The notes under the pieces were generated by a model. That model had not been told where the DNA came from and made no database searches. It was given only the letters and a program-made list of their open reading frames with translations. A stretch of 64,000 nt of DNA, from positions 2,592,001 to 2,656,000 of the forward strand of contig OZ244653.1 of assembly GCA_965218795.1 (NCBI GenBank), written 5' to 3'. Of this stretch, positions 38,980 through 49,284 are shown in pieces; within the stretch, counting starts at the first letter, position 1, and each line of letters starts with the position of its first letter. The position numbers and the translations under genes were made by a program. The stretch is from a bacterium (GTDB taxonomy: Bacteria > UBA8248 > JACPRG01 > G963555815).

Positions 38980-40500
38980 TTACGCCGGCGCCTGCGACTT
39001 GGCCCCGGCCATCATCAAGCCGAGGTCCTGAACGTCGGCTTCTTGTTGACTCACCTCTCCGACAATCCGTCCTTCGTACAACACGGCAATCCGGTCGGCC
39101 AGGGAGAGAATCTCGTTCAGCTCCGTGGAAATTAACAAAATGGCCGTCCCGCGCCGGCGCTGGCTAAGAATCTCGTTGTGGACGAACTCCGTCGCTCCAA
39201 CATCCAGGCCCTGGGTGGGCTGCACGGCCACCAGAACCTTGGGTTGTCGCGTCAGGGCCCGGGACAGGATCACCTTTTGTAGATTTCCTCCCGACAGGTT
39301 CTTGGCAGACAAGTGGATCGAAGGGGTCCGGACGTCGTATTCCTTCACCAGCCGCCGGGCATGGACCTCCATCGCCCGACGACGCATGAGACCAAACTTG
39401 CTGAACGGAATCTGCCGGTGGGACTCCAGGATGAAATTCTCCAGCAGGGAATGATCCAAGGCCACGCCCCGATTCCTCCGATCGGCGGGAATGTGGGCCA
39501 CTCCCTTCTGGATGATCCGCTTCGGCGGGAGGTTGGTGATTTCCTCCCCTTGCACCAGGACCTGTCCGGACTTGGCCTTTCGCAGGCCGGTCAATACATC
39601 TGCCAACTCCGTCTGTCCGTTGCCGTCGACGCCGGCGATTCCCAGCACCTCTCCCGCTTTGACATTGAGGGAGATATCCCGGACCGCCGGCATGCCTCGC
39701 GCATCCTGGACGTTGAGTCCCTGAACCTGCAGCACCGGATCCCCCACCAGGACCGTCTCGCGATTCAGCCGAAACAGAACTTCCCGTCCCACCATGAGCC
39801 GGGCGAGAGAGCGCTCGTCGGTCTCCCGGGTGGCCAGGGTTGCAACCCGCTTTCCGTCTCGAAGAACGGTCACACGATCGCTTACTTGCATCACCTCATT
39901 CAGTTTGTGTGTGATGAAGATCATCCCATGTCCCTGCTCGGACAGGGATCGAAGCATCGAAAGCAACTCCGTCACTTCCTGGGGAACCAGGACGGAGGTG
40001 GGCTCATCCAGAACCAAGAGTTCCGCACCGCGGTACAGAGCCTTGACAATCTCAACCCGCTGCTGCTGCCCGACCGAGAGTTGCCAAACCCGGGCGCTGG
40101 GGTCAACCTGCAACCCCAGCCTCCGGGACAGTTTCAGGATTTTTCGTTCCGCACGGGCAAGGCCCAGCATGGGGCCACGGGGGGAGTGCGTGCCCAAGAC
40201 AACATTTTCGACCACGGTGTGTCGGGGCACGAGCATGAGGTGTTGATGAACCATCCCGATGCCCAGGGCGATCGCGTCGCTCGGAGACCGGAGCGTAACC
40301 GGTCTCCCCTGGAAGAGGATTCGGCCTTCATCCGGCTGGTGAAGCCCGTAGAGGATGTTCATCAGCGTGGTCTTACCCGCCCCGTTCTCTCCCAAAAGGG
40401 CGTGGACCTCTCCCGGTTTCACCATCAGATCAACGTAATCATTGGCCAAAACACCGGGAAATCGCTTGCAGATTCCTTCCATCCGTAACAGGTCGGCCAT
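38980..40500 (-). CDS. ABC transporter ATP-binding protein (tandem ATPase domains)
   Basis: GENGAGKT, LSVGQQQRVEI, LDEPT, GVDGNGQ, LSGGNLQK. Confidence 0.95.
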   Translation of the reverse strand: MADLLRMEGICKRFPGVLANDYVDLMVKPGEVHALLGENGAGKTTLMNILYGLHQPDEGRILFQGRPVTLRSPSDAIALGIGMVHQHLMLVPRHTVVENVVLGTHSPRGPMLGLARAERKILKLSRRLGLQVDPSARVWQLSVGQQQRVEIVKALYRGAELLVLDEPTSVLVPQEVTELLSMLRSLSEQGHGMIFITHKLNEVMQVSDRVTVLRDGKRVATLATRETDERSLARLMVGREVLFRLNRETVLVGDPVLQVQGLNVQDARGMPAVRDISLNVKAGEVLGIAGVDGNGQTELADVLTGLRKAKSGQVLVQGEEITNLPPKRIIQKGVAHIPADRRNRGVALDHSLLENFILESHRQIPFSKFGLMRRRAMEVHARRLVKEYDVRTPSIHLSAKNLSGGNLQKVILSRALTRQPKVLVAVQPTQGLDVGATEFVHNEILSQRRRGTAILLISTELNEILSLADRIAVLYEGRIVGEVSQQEADVQDLGLMMAGAKSQAPA

Positions 40501-40885
40501 GCTCTTTCCTCACAAGGAGAGAGACCCGCGTCGGCGAATCTCGCGAATTCGACCTACCTTGTGGCACATGGGGATGAACAGCTCATCGAGAACTCCCGTC
40601 CGGCGCATTCACCGGATGGGGCGGTCATGATAGGGTGGGTGTAGGTTGAGACGGATTTTGACGGTCTATTCGTCATGGTCAGGCCGGAATCGGCGCCGCG
40701 CCCAAGCTACAATCGATCGCTTCGTTTCCAAGCCCCATCCGACGAACTTTCACTTTGGTGCTTCGCGCGCGAAGGGCCTGCCAATTATACACAAAGGAAC
40801 GCAGACCACGATGCGGTAATTCCTTGGAAATCGGTTCCGGGCTCGGACTCGTCCACGGGAGCCGTCGGTTGGAGGAAATGACAGA

Positions 40886-42355
40886 ATGGGAACGTTGCTC
40901 ATCAAGCAAGCGCATGGGATTGATCTAAAGGCGCCATTCGAGTCGAGAGACATCTACATTTCGGGCGGGCGTATCTCCGAGATTGCGCCCGAGGTCCGGC
41001 GCCCTGCAGACCGCACGATTGAAGCGGCCGGAAAATTCGTGATCCCCGGCCTGATCGACGCCCACAAGCACTCTCACCAGGATTTGTTCAAGGGCTTGAC
41101 CGATAACATGCCCCTCGAGCCCTGGTTGGTCTTTGCCGTCCACTCTGGACGCGAGCTCAGCCCCCGTGAACTCTACGTCAGCGCCGCCGTCGGGGCACTG
41201 GAGGAACTCAAGCTGGGGACCACGGCCGTCATGGACAACCCCGGCTTCAACCCCTTTGAGTTCGAGCCCAACGTCGAGGCGGTGATCCAGGCTTATGTTG
41301 ATACGGGGATCCGGGCCGGCGTCGCGCCCATTTATGAGGATCTGGACATCTACGATTCCTTTCCCTTCCAGATACTGGATCCTCTCCCTACGGTTCCCAA
41401 ATTGGAAAGGGAGCGCCCCAAGCCTTCGGACTTGGAGCCGGCCTTGCGGGATTTTCTGTCCCGATGGAACGGATCGGATGATCGAATTCGGCTCTACCTG
41501 AGCCCCTCGGGGCCAGGGAGATGCAGCCGCGAGGTCTTGGAGCTCACCGTGGGGCTCGCCAAGGAGTTTGACGTCGGAATCCATTCGCACCTGCACGAGA
41601 CCAAGGCGGAAGTGATCGCAATGGGAAGCGTCTACGAGGAGACCGTCACGGAATATCTCCGCCATATCGATTTTCTCGGCCCCAACTGCTCATTCGCTCA
41701 CGGCGTCTGGCTGAACGATGCCGAGATCGAGACCCTCGCCGACACCGGGACCAGCGTCATCCATAGTCCCGTCAGCAACGCAAAGCTCGGGAGCGGAGTG
41801 GCGCCCGTGCAAAGGATGCGCCAGCGCGGGCTGAGCGTGGCATTGGGCACCGACGACGTGAGTTGCAACGACAATCACAACATGTTCGAGGTCATGAAGC
41901 TGGCCGGGCTGCTGCACAAGCTATACGGAAACCCGGCCGCCTGGCTGGGGGCGCGAGACGTACTGGACATGTGCTGGACGGGGGGTGCAAGAATTCTCGG
42001 GCAGCCTATCGGGGCTCTGGAAGAAGGCGCGCTGGCGGACTTGGTGATTCTGGGCGGATCGAACCTGTATCCCATGCCCAAGGAGAATTTCCTCACCCAA
42101 CTGGTTTTCAGCGAGTTGGGTTCATCGGTCGAGACCGTGATCGTTGGAGGGGAGATCGTTGTTGAGGGCGGAAAGGTTCTCACGGTCAATGAAGAGGATC
42201 TGTACCGCGAAGCACGAGAGATCGTTCAAAGAACGTACGAGGACCTTCCCAATCGGTCGAAGGCCCTGGAGCCTCACGCCGCCCTGCTTGAACGGATGGA
42301 TGAAGCCGTTCGGGGAGTTTCCCTGCCCTTTTCGAGAACCGTGGGCGGGGCATGA
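40886..42355 (+). CDS. Amidohydrolase family protein (AtzA/TriA/MTA-SAH deaminase-like)
   Basis: PGLIDAHKH, HSHLHET, FAHGVW, HSPVSN, LGTDD, GALADLV. Confidence 0.92.
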   Translation: MGTLLIKQAHGIDLKAPFESRDIYISGGRISEIAPEVRRPADRTIEAAGKFVIPGLIDAHKHSHQDLFKGLTDNMPLEPWLVFAVHSGRELSPRELYVSAAVGALEELKLGTTAVMDNPGFNPFEFEPNVEAVIQAYVDTGIRAGVAPIYEDLDIYDSFPFQILDPLPTVPKLERERPKPSDLEPALRDFLSRWNGSDDRIRLYLSPSGPGRCSREVLELTVGLAKEFDVGIHSHLHETKAEVIAMGSVYEETVTEYLRHIDFLGPNCSFAHGVWLNDAEIETLADTGTSVIHSPVSNAKLGSGVAPVQRMRQRGLSVALGTDDVSCNDNHNMFEVMKLAGLLHKLYGNPAAWLGARDVLDMCWTGGARILGQPIGALEEGALADLVILGGSNLYPMPKENFLTQLVFSELGSSVETVIVGGEIVVEGGKVLTVNEEDLYREAREIVQRTYEDLPNRSKALEPHAALLERMDEAVRGVSLPFSRTVGGA

Positions 42356-42552
42356 AGCCTGAACAACACGGCGCGCGGTCCGGGTGAAACGTAGGTCCGC
42401 GATCATCCTGGGGTCCCGGGTCCCGAGAGGTCAGTCCATACCTCCCGCTGCACCCGCCTCTACCCGGCTTTCATGGAGACCCCGCATACCGGAGCGGCCA
42501 CCCCGGATTCCCCGGCAGCGACGGGCTTGGACGTTTCCGAATGCCGCTGGCG

Positions 42553-43551
42553 CTACTTTTTCTTCGGCTTGTAGGGATACGGGATTTTCCCGGCTTTCAG
42601 CTCCTTGATGACTTCCACCACGGTGTCCTTGACCTTTTGCGGAACGGAGGCGTGGTAATTCGACAGCCCCCACATCCCTTCCTTGAAGCCATAGGACTCC
42701 ATCCCCGCTTTCAGGGTTCCCGCCTGATATCTCTCCACCACGTTCTTGAAGAAGCTGCCGAACTGGAAGAGGACGCTTTGCATAACGGCATCGGGTCCGA
42801 TCGAGCTCTGGTCTGTCATGTTGCCAACGGCCCTCACCCCCGCTTCCTGTGCGGCCTGTGCCGTGCCGATACAGGCCTCATTTGCGACGCAGTAAAGAAC
42901 ATCGATCCCCGCCTCGACCATGGCCCTGCTTTGTTCCTTGCCCTTGACCACGTCATCCCATGAGTTGAGGTAAATGGATCGGACCTGAGCTTTTGGATTG
43001 AATCGCTTAGCGCCGGCTTCATACCCGGCCAGCGTCTCCGCAATAATGGGATACGGAAAACCGCCCAGTGAGCCGATTTTGTTGGACTTGGTCATCATGC
43101 CGGCGATCACGCCCGCCACATAGCCGGCTTCCCATTCGCGTAGGGCAATGGACCCGAAATTTGGCTGTTTCGCCTTGAATCCAGCCACGATCCAGTATTG
43201 GGTCTTGGGGAACTGAGGCGAGATCTTTTCGGCAGCGTCTGTGAACTGCGTACCGTGACAGATGACGATGCTATAGCCCTTGACGCCGAGATCCCTCAAG
43301 ACCTCCTCGAAATCCGCCTGCTTAACGCTCTCCAGATAATCCATCTTCACGCCCGTCGCCTTCTCGGTCGCCTGGAGGCCCCGATAGGCCGCGGCATTCC
43401 AGGCCTGGTCCCCGATCACGCCGGGAAGGAGAAGCATGACCCTGGCTTTCTCCGCCGCCTCCGTCGGACCGGGGCTCCAGGCGGCCAATCCGCCCCAAGC
43501 CGTTAGCGCCAAAACGAGCAGCGTGGCGAGGAAACGCTTCCATCCCCTCAT
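42553..43551 (-). CDS. BMP-family ABC substrate-binding protein
   Basis: Signal peptide, DQAWNAAAYRGL, EAGYVAGVIAG, TKSNKIG, GFKEG. Confidence 0.92.
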   Translation of the reverse strand: MRGWKRFLATLLVLALTAWGGLAAWSPGPTEAAEKARVMLLLPGVIGDQAWNAAAYRGLQATEKATGVKMDYLESVKQADFEEVLRDLGVKGYSIVICHGTQFTDAAEKISPQFPKTQYWIVAGFKAKQPNFGSIALREWEAGYVAGVIAGMMTKSNKIGSLGGFPYPIIAETLAGYEAGAKRFNPKAQVRSIYLNSWDDVVKGKEQSRAMVEAGIDVLYCVANEACIGTAQAAQEAGVRAVGNMTDQSSIGPDAVMQSVLFQFGSFFKNVVERYQAGTLKAGMESYGFKEGMWGLSNYHASVPQKVKDTVVEVIKELKAGKIPYPYKPKKK

Positions 43552-44074
43552 TGTATGCCCTCCTCAAGGTCCACAGGGTCGACCGTGCATTCCCACCAAA
43601 TTTCAATCTTCAGGCAATTCTCAAAGACGGAATCCAAGGCTAGCCGGCGATGAAAAGAACGTTCTTCCCTCTCACCAAGCGCGGCCACCGGGCAGTTTTT
43701 GAGGTACAGGTTTGTGGAAAAATCTATTCAAATCTAAGATTAGACCGAGGCGATGAATTCTGTCAACTGAAGACGTGCGTGATCGATCCGATTGTCATAA
43801 ATGTTCAAGGGTTTGATTCTAGCGGTTGAGTGGTTCAGACTCGTAAATGGGCTTGTCCCTCGGGACCATGGGTCTGCGGCCGACCGGAGGCCAAAGAAAC
43901 CTTGTGCGGACTCAGTTGAGATAGAGAGATTTGACGAATACCCTGGGGTCGAACCCTGTAAACCCATGGCATCTATCGGAGGGAATGAAGGTTCGCCCCA
44001 TTTGTGGATGCCAAGGGGCAGCAGTCAAGCCGGGCCGTCCCTGTTCTTGGCCCGCGGTCTTGGGAGATTGGCGA

Positions 44075-46255
44075 ATGACCGTCGATCCGTTCACCTTTGA
44101 GATCGTCCGTCACAAGTTCATGCGCGTGATCGACGAGGCGGTCATTACGTTGAAGCACATCTCCGGATCCTCGGCCACGACGGAAGGTCATGACCTTCTG
44201 GTTGCTCTCTACCGTGCGGACGGGGGTCTTCTGATGGGCGTCTTTGGCTACCTGCACGCCCTGCCTGGTGCGGGCCAGGCCTGTCGACACGTCATAGCCG
44301 AGTACGCGGAAAATCCCGGTATCTACGAGGGCGACGTGTTCCTGTTGAACGACCCCTACGTCGCGGCGCTTCACAGTTCGGACACATATGTCATCTCTCC
44401 GATCTTCTACCAGGGGATGCTGGTCGCCTGGAGCGCGAATTTTATCCACGTGCGGGATATCGGCGCGATCAACCCTGGCGGGTTCGCTCCCGACTCCAGG
44501 GAGATATTTCATGAGGGCTTCATGTCCCCAGGGATCAAGCTGTTGGAGAGAGGGGTTCGCAGAAAAGATGTCTGGGAGACCATTCTCAACATGGTCAGGA
44601 CGCCGGAGGTGGTCGCTCTGGACCTGCATTCACAAATCGCCGCCAGTATTACCGCCCGAGAACGCATGGAGGAGCTGCTGGATAAATACGGTTGGGAAAT
44701 GGTGGACGCCGTGGCGCAGGGGCTGATCGACCAGTCCGAGTCGCTTCTTCGACAAAGACTCAGGGAACTCCCCGATGGGACATGGAGAACCAGACAGTAT
44801 CTGGAGACAGAAGAAAGGGTTTTCACCGTCAACTTGGCCATGACCAAGACGGCCGACGCCCTCCATTACGACTTTGCAGGCACGAGCGAACAGGCGTCTG
44901 TCGGATTCAACGCCACCTACTGGGGGACCTTCGGAGCCCTCTTCGCCCCTCTCTTCCCCTTGCTGGGTTACGACATGACCTGGAACGAAGGAATCCTCAA
45001 GCCAGTCACGATGGACGCGCCGGAAGGAAGCCTCGTGAACTGCATCCGCCCTGCCCCGAACTGTTTGGCGACCATCTCGGGAATCGAGATCGTGAACAAC
45101 GTGTCTCTCGAGGCGATATCGAAAATGCTGGTTGGCAGCGACATGTATCGCAAGGAGGCGACCGCGGTCTGGCTGGGGGCGCACTCGCCCATTACCGTCA
45201 GCGGCTACAAGGAGAACCGATACGTAATCGAGCAGGTGAGCGATGAGTTCGGGGGGTCGGGAGGGGCTCGGACCTTCAAGGACGGGATCGATTTCGGCGG
45301 GGAGATTCCAAATCCTCTCTCGAGAACCCCGAATATTGAAAGCGAGGAGGCCGGACTTCCCATTCTCTTTCTGTTCAGACGCATGCTGAGCGACTCAGCC
45401 GGTCCAGGCCGCTTTCGGGGCGGGATGACCGGCGAGTACGCTTTCACGGCCCATCGGGCCGAGGGCGGAAAAGTCGATGCGGTGCTCTATGGAAGGGGGA
45501 CCGAGTTCACTCAATGCCAGGGGTTCTCCGGCGGATACCCAGGGTCCAATTGTGGATACGTCATCATCAAAGGAAGCAATGCGAAGCAACGCCTGGAGGC
45601 GGAAGACCTCCCGGAAAGTCTGGAGGAATGGGGGGGCGCCCGGGAGTTCGTTTCATGGGGGACGTACGCACTGAAGGAAGGGGAGGTGCTCCATGCGTGG
45701 ATCATGGGAGGTGGCGGCTACGGCGACCCTCTGGAGCGGGAGCCCGCTCAAGTCAGAGACGACGTCCTTCAAGGGTTGGTCTCCCCCGACTGGGCGCAAG
45801 ATGTCTACGGGGTGGTCCTGACCAAGAACGGGGAGGTAGACCCGGAAGGAACCGAGAGGCTGCGGAAGGAGATGACCCGCCTGAGGCTCACGGGTTGGGG
45901 CAAGGCTTCATGGGTCAGGTCTCCGCAAACGGGATCGATTCCCGTGGTCGAGGGTACGCGGGATGTCAAGGACCACAACATCAGTGAAAACCTGAAGGCC
46001 GTTCAGAGTGAACTTGGGACCTCCATCCATTGTCGAAAATGTGGCCATGGAATATCCCGCATCGGAGACCCTTGGAAGGACTGTACCTTCGTGGTCCGGT
46101 CGTCCTTGGCGCGATCGGGCCCCTTCCGGTCAACATCCGGCCGATTCGAGATGAGACTCTATCTGTGTCCCGGGTGTGGACGTTCCCTGGATGTGGAAGT
46201 TTCCCTTCCGGAGGACGCGCCCCTCTACGATGTAGTGGTACCGACCTTTGAGTGA
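44075..46255 (+). CDS. Hydantoinase B/oxoprolinase-family protein with C-terminal CxxC...CxxC (acetone carboxylase gamma-like) domain
   Basis: MTVDPFTFEI, GDVFLLNDPY, HSSD, HVRDIG, DSAGPGRFRGG, GGGGYGDPLER; CRKC...YLCPGCG. Confidence 0.9.
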   Translation: MTVDPFTFEIVRHKFMRVIDEAVITLKHISGSSATTEGHDLLVALYRADGGLLMGVFGYLHALPGAGQACRHVIAEYAENPGIYEGDVFLLNDPYVAALHSSDTYVISPIFYQGMLVAWSANFIHVRDIGAINPGGFAPDSREIFHEGFMSPGIKLLERGVRRKDVWETILNMVRTPEVVALDLHSQIAASITARERMEELLDKYGWEMVDAVAQGLIDQSESLLRQRLRELPDGTWRTRQYLETEERVFTVNLAMTKTADALHYDFAGTSEQASVGFNATYWGTFGALFAPLFPLLGYDMTWNEGILKPVTMDAPEGSLVNCIRPAPNCLATISGIEIVNNVSLEAISKMLVGSDMYRKEATAVWLGAHSPITVSGYKENRYVIEQVSDEFGGSGGARTFKDGIDFGGEIPNPLSRTPNIESEEAGLPILFLFRRMLSDSAGPGRFRGGMTGEYAFTAHRAEGGKVDAVLYGRGTEFTQCQGFSGGYPGSNCGYVIIKGSNAKQRLEAEDLPESLEEWGGAREFVSWGTYALKEGEVLHAWIMGGGGYGDPLEREPAQVRDDVLQGLVSPDWAQDVYGVVLTKNGEVDPEGTERLRKEMTRLRLTGWGKASWVRSPQTGSIPVVEGTRDVKDHNISENLKAVQSELGTSIHCRKCGHGISRIGDPWKDCTFVVRSSLARSGPFRSTSGRFEMRLYLCPGCGRSLDVEVSLPEDAPLYDVVVPTFE

Positions 46256-46504
46256 CCCGGCCGCTTGAGACGGGGGCCTGCCCCTGCTCAGGTCAGGGAA
46301 TGGATTCCTGTTTGCGCGAGAATCCACAAGAAAAGCTTGGCTCGTCAAGCGTATCATTCCGTTTTTTTTACGTCATCCCGAGGCGGCCGCTACCGCCCGT
46401 GCTGCGCCAACCCTGACCCGAGGGCGAAGGGAAACGCGGCGTCTTCGAAGTTCCACTCAAGCGCTCGGACCGCCCATCGTCACGCCGCCCTCCAAATTTC
46501 TCAA

Positions 46505-46800
46505 GAACACGCACCGTTGATGCTTTTCCCGCCAGCGTCCGCTATCGCATGAAACGGCGGAAACGCCCGTAGATACAGAGCGTTACGGCCCTGACCGGTT
46601 GCCAGCGGGGCGCGAGGCGCTCCATCTTCGCCGGCGGACGGTTTGCACGGACGCGAAGCTCGGCAGGCTGCGGCTTCACGATCGCGCCACACCCTGGCCA
46701 GTCACGCGGTCATGTCCGGCGAGAACCTGCTGCCCATCGGCAGGTTGCATGGCCACCGGCGGCATCGAGCAAGGTCGATGCACGGCCCTTGCAACCCCCT
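46505..46800 (+). pseudogene. Degenerate tyrosine integrase C-terminal remnant
   Basis: Colinear with 31605-32075 (ccagcgtccgc..., ttacggcc.tgaccggttgcc, RLRLHD, GENLLPIGRL.GHRRHR). Confidence 0.75.
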
Positions 46801-46814
46801 TATGTGAGTAAGGA

Positions 46815-46969
46815 CGATCTTTCCAGCCGTGAAATCCTACTATCCTATTGATATTATTGGATAATATACAATCTTCCTGCTCTCGCTCAGAACTCGACTT
46901 CTATATTCCGTAATCAAAATGAAAGCGGATTCGTTAAAACTCCTGCGCATCCCGGCGCGTTCCTGTCGG
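46815..46969 (+). repeat. Dispersed integrase-tail repeat, copy D left part
   Basis: tattgatattattggataa...atcaaaatgaaagcggattcgttaaaa...gttcctgtcgg; continues at 47927. Confidence 0.85.
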
Positions 46970-47804
46970 GCCGAGTAGGCGGGGGCATTGCTGCGCCCCG
47001 CCCCTCACAGAGCCGAGCGTGCGCGATTGACGCACTCGGTTCCTCACCTGACAGGTTCGCTCAAGAAGGTTGTCCTTGATCCGCAGGTCGAGGAGTGTCC
47101 GGAGGTGGGAACCGTTCCGGATGTCTCCTCGCCTGTTCGGCTATCCACTGCTGTTTCGTGTACGTGTTGGTGGAACTCAGCGTTTCCTCCAGCGTTTCCC
47201 ATCAGTGGGTCTGTACAGGTGACGCCCCGCTTTCCTCCAGCGGGTCCCGATGGCCTCGGTTCCCCGCCTTCAGCGGTACTATCAGGGCGCTACGACTTCC
47301 TGCCCTTGCTTGTCCTTCGGCTTATTGTTTTCGCCAGCCGGCTCCGCGGGCGCCTGCCGGGGTTCGTGTCCGCCCTGGGGCGCTCCCGCCGCCGTGCAGG
47401 CCCGACGACGGGCCGGGGTCTTTGTTGTTCACGCTGGCCGTCCCCTTTCCAGCGTTCTTGCCCACGGGCAAGGGCAGGATCTCCCAGGTTCCCTGGCGAT
47501 CCATCCCGTGACTTTGCGCCGGTCCACGACCCCGGACGACCCGTCGCGCCTCGCCGTTAGCGGCGCTTCCGGTGCTGCCCCCGGCCGATTAACACCGAAG
47601 GCGTCGTCATTCAGACCGATTTCGAGGCTGCGCGACGCTTCATCACCTGCTGTCTACGCTTCACGACGGGCGTTGCCGCACGCCATGCAAGACTCGCTTC
47701 CGGCTGGCGGGTGCGCCTTTGCCGGGCGGGAGTCGAACCCGCTGGGTCGCTTCGAGAGGTTTCAGGTCATCTCATCCTCCTCTCCAGGGCTTCGCCTGGC
47801 GCAA
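46970..47804 (-). ncRNA. ORF-less group II intron (RT gene almost entirely deleted)
   Basis: 5' TTGCGCCAGGCGAAGCCCTGG at 47804; DV GGAACCGAGTGCGTCAATCGCGCACGCTCGGCTC (47043-47010); DVI ending CCTACTCGG(C); RT N-terminal stub LSSTNTYTKQQWIAEQARRHPER; 3' end ambiguous by 1 nt. Confidence 0.88.
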
Positions 47805-47926
47805 TAACCATTCAGTCGTGGGGTGAGATGGTCGCTGGGGCCGGAGGCAGTTGTTGATATTCCGCGGCGTAGTCGGTTTGGGCCGGTACTTTCCTGACCG
47901 CCATCAGCGCGTGACTGAATGCTTAC
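46970..47926. mobile_element. IS66-like MITE (about 123 bp without the intron) with 8-bp target-site duplication
   Basis: cctgtcgg at 46962-46969 and 47927-47934; ends G|TAACCATTCAGTC (split by intron) and GACTGAATGCTTAC. Confidence 0.75.
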
Positions 47927-48066
47927 CCTGTCGGACCGTTGCACCTCCGTCCTGCAAAGTCTGACCGCGCAACAACTCGCTCACGGTTATGCTCCGGCGC
48001 CCCGCAACGTTCTTTCAGGAACCACCCGCCCACGCCCCATGACGGCGCCCGATTGGCACCCGCAGC
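47927..48066 (+). repeat. Dispersed integrase-tail repeat, copy D right part
   Basis: cggaccgttgcacctccgtcc...cgcaacaactcgct...ccacgccccatgacggcgcccgattggc matches ~11792-11925. Confidence 0.88.
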
Positions 48067-48069
48067 TTA

Positions 48070-48722
48070 GTCTGGAGTGAGCTTCATCGTCACGAACCTG
48101 ACCGTTTGCCCTGAGGACGTGGTCCACTTCTACAATCAGCGAGGCACGGCGGAGCAGTGGATCAAGGAGGGCAAGCACGCGTTGAACTGGACGCGGCTGT
48201 CCTGTCACGGCTTTGAAGAAAACCAGGTTCGCTTGCAACTGTTTGCCTTGGCGTACAACCTGGCCAACTTCCTGCGGCGGCTGGCATTGCCGAGAGCGGT
48301 GAAGCACTGGTCGCTGACGACACTTCGGGAGAAGCTGATCAAGATTGGGGCCAAGGTGGTTGCCCACGCCCGGTACACCACCTTCCAGTTGGCTGAGGTG
48401 GCGGTGTCGCGGCAACTGTTCAGGGCAATTCTTGAGCGAATCCGACGGTTGTGGTTGCCGCCTCCGGTTCCGGACACCGGATAACGGAGCCGCTAGCCAG
48501 GAAGCTAAGTGACGTGGTGGAGACGGGGGATCAGTCTGTGCTGACCCGTAGTCGGGGCGCGTTAAGGGCAAGAATTCCAAGGAGTTTTGACCCGTGATGA
48601 CCCTCAGGCATACAAACGAACTGAAGCTCCCCGAAAAAGTCTTGACATTGTGCTCAAAGTCTGACCCGATAGAAATACGTCTTGTCAGAAGTATGATTTG
48701 GCAGGTCATCTGGGAAATCCCG
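48070..48722 (+). mobile_element. IS1380-family transposase 3' fragment with right end
   Basis: FIVTNL, FYNQRGTAEQWIKEGK, NQVRLQL, LAYNL, LREKLIKIGAKVV; end catctgggaaatcccg. Confidence 0.85.
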
Positions 48723-49063
48723 ATTTATAGGAGTTAAAAGTTAGTCCCATTTCGGGGGCTGAGGTGTTTGGAGAATACTTCAAATTTTATTAGGATGATC
48801 CTAGGATGCAGCATGTTGGAATGTGAGACCTGACCTCTGTCTGATGCCGCTTAGAGCGGGTTAGCCGCCTGTGCCCAGTACCTGATTAGCCGTTGATGGG
48901 GCAATTCGGAAGGTTAGGGCCAAAGGTCGGCTTGCGGGGATTCGAAAGTTTGTTGACTGCTCTGGAGGAAGGAGTTGAAATTCCCTAAAAGGTCGATGGG
49001 GCTGGGCATGCTCTTCATCAAGGGTTGAAGTAGGAAATCCTGGTTAATGTTGACAAATCTATC

Positions 49064-49092
49064 GTGACAGAAGTCCGGAACCGCGGTATGAT
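49064..49092 (+). promoter_or_regulatory. Putative sigma70 promoter
   Basis: GTGACA-17 nt-TATGAT upstream of 49285 gene. Confidence 0.4.
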
Positions 49093-49284
49093 GGCAATGT
49101 TTTTTCAAACCTAAAAAGGAAACTTCATGAATTGCGACTCAGGAGCGGACCATAAGTGCCGTTCAAAATGACCCAAGCATGGTTCACCAATATCCCATTG
49201 GCGGCTACAGGATTCACCTAGAAAAGGGGGCGCTTCATTGCTCTTTTGCCTCAGCGGATGGAGGAATGAAGGGAGGGAAACAAA

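Noticed and set aside
43740-43980. Possible tRNA or riboswitch upstream of hydantoinase B
   Set aside because: No cloverleaf, T-loop or known aptamer consensus recognisable
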